Source: Tortispora ganteri
Lineage: Eukaryota
Length of the DNA: 58,577 bases
NCBI GenBank assembly: GCA_003707115.1
Contig: PPNB01000026.1
Location: forward strand, 1 to 58,577
Reading direction: 5' to 3'
Each line of letters opens with the position of its first letter. Position 1 is the first letter of the stretch. The position numbers were made by a program, and so were the translations under genes. The notes beneath the pieces are model-generated. The model did no database searches, was not told the origin of the DNA, and worked only from the letters and a program-made list of their open reading frames with translations. Of the stretch, positions 57,801-58,577 are shown piece after piece.

Positions 57801-58192
57801 TATAAAAGTAATAAGAACGTTCAACGACTAATGAGTGAGTATATATCAACAATAATCTCAACAAGAGCGCCCGACATTTAATATCAAAATTTATTTAATT
57901 TAATAATATGTTTTAATTAAATAGCATATAACATATTATTTATATTAAGATTTGATATATAATGATGAAATAGTCTGATCCATATAGAGTAGGAAGAATA
58001 TATGGAAATATATTTTAAATGAATATATGATAACAAAAATGTTGCCAATTTTTTCCTTCCCCTATTAATTGGGGCATGTGATATGGCATTCCCTAGATTG
58101 AATAATATTGCTGTGTGGCTGCTTGTACCATCGATAATCTTATTTGTATCTTCTGCTGTTGCCGAAAATGGTGCTGGTACTGGTTGGACAGT
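54812..58192 (+). CDS. cox1: cytochrome c oxidase subunit 1, exons 1-3 (54812-55016, 57621-57656, 58042-58192); gene continues across the window origin
   Basis: Spliced translation MQFISRW(TGA)LFSTSAKDI...[39 protein letters not shown]...GTGWTV matches the Cox1 N-terminus. Confidence 0.96.
55017..57481 (+). CDS. group II intron reverse transcriptase/maturase/HNH protein, in frame with cox1 exon 1 (TGA=Trp)
   Basis: SHGFRP, QGSILSP, YVRYADD and C-terminal HHVRK...CKNHH; the ORF-track fragments share one frame and are separated by TGA. Confidence 0.92.
55017..57620 (+). mobile_element. cox1 intron 1, group II
   Basis: 5' GTGCG; domain V GAAAGCCGTATGATGGGAGACTATCACGTACGGTTT near 57545; ends ...CCCTAC; removal restores M-IFF. 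Confidence 0.95.
57657..58041 (+). mobile_element. cox1 intron 2, ORF-less group I intron (omega/L2449-like)
   Basis: Exon ends GGAT; P1 GGAUUAA/UUAGUCC; core GTTCAACGACTA...ATAGTCT; terminal G; removal gives GGF-ANF; near-identical to the rnl intron. Confidence 0.93.
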
Positions 58193-58577
58193 GATAAGCT
58201 GTCATAAAACTCTTTTCGATGCGGAAATATCCTTCAAAGCTTACCACTACTCGTTAATTATTATTATTTTATCAGTAAAAATGTGGAAGATATGGGGACA
58301 ATTCGCCTGTAATTTTATGATTACATCAGAGACTTCTTGTATAAGATAACAAATGTATAATAATAATTTGTTAAATAAAGAGAAATTTAGTACTAATTAT
58401 CATAATAATAATAATAAATTTAGTATTAATCCTAATCAAAATGAATGATTTTATTATTGGTTTGTAGGTGTAACTGATGCAGATGGATCTTTTTCATTAT
58501 TATGTTATAATGGAAAATGAAATCTAACTTTTAAAATATCTCAATCAATATATAATGCTAAATTAGTCTATTATATA
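58193..58577 (+). mobile_element. cox1 intron 3, group I, 5' part, including start of a LAGLIDADG ORF (ATG 58353)
   Basis: Follows GTGWT-GT; TCAGAGAC core element; motif WFVGVTDADG; continues at base 1. Confidence 0.9.

Overview
This window is a complete, circular-mapping, very AT-rich fungal mitochondrial genome. It was opened inside a cox1 group I intron: the intron's LAGLIDADG ORF reads in frame from base 58577 into base 1 (...LVYYI|KKKLGYG...). Protein features suggest an ascomycete yeast, probably an early-branching Saccharomycotina lineage (inference). Content: cox1-3, cob, atp6/8/9, nad1-6, nad4L, a free-standing rps3, rns, rnl, 25 tRNAs and a probable minimal rnpB. There are 12 introns: 7 in cox1, 1 in cox2, 2 in cob and 2 in rnl, of which 5 are group II and 7 group I. 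UGA must be read as Trp, so the supplied ORF track fragments many genes, yet the only tRNA-Trp has a CCA anticodon. Most notable observations: (1) a near-identical ORF-less group I intron in both rnl (L2449) and cox1; (2) two families of modular 280-460 bp ori-like elements, 7 copies each, with invariant blocks, a shared iterated motif and phased A-tracts, plus several small hairpin repeat families in ordered arrays; (3) a 15-mer, TCACYTATTWTTAGT, marking the 3' end of eight protein-coding units; (4) PEFY instead of PEWY in cytochrome b; (5) an A-to-T gradient at third codon positions along genes. Coordinates were read by eye; rRNA ends and repeat boundaries are approximate.
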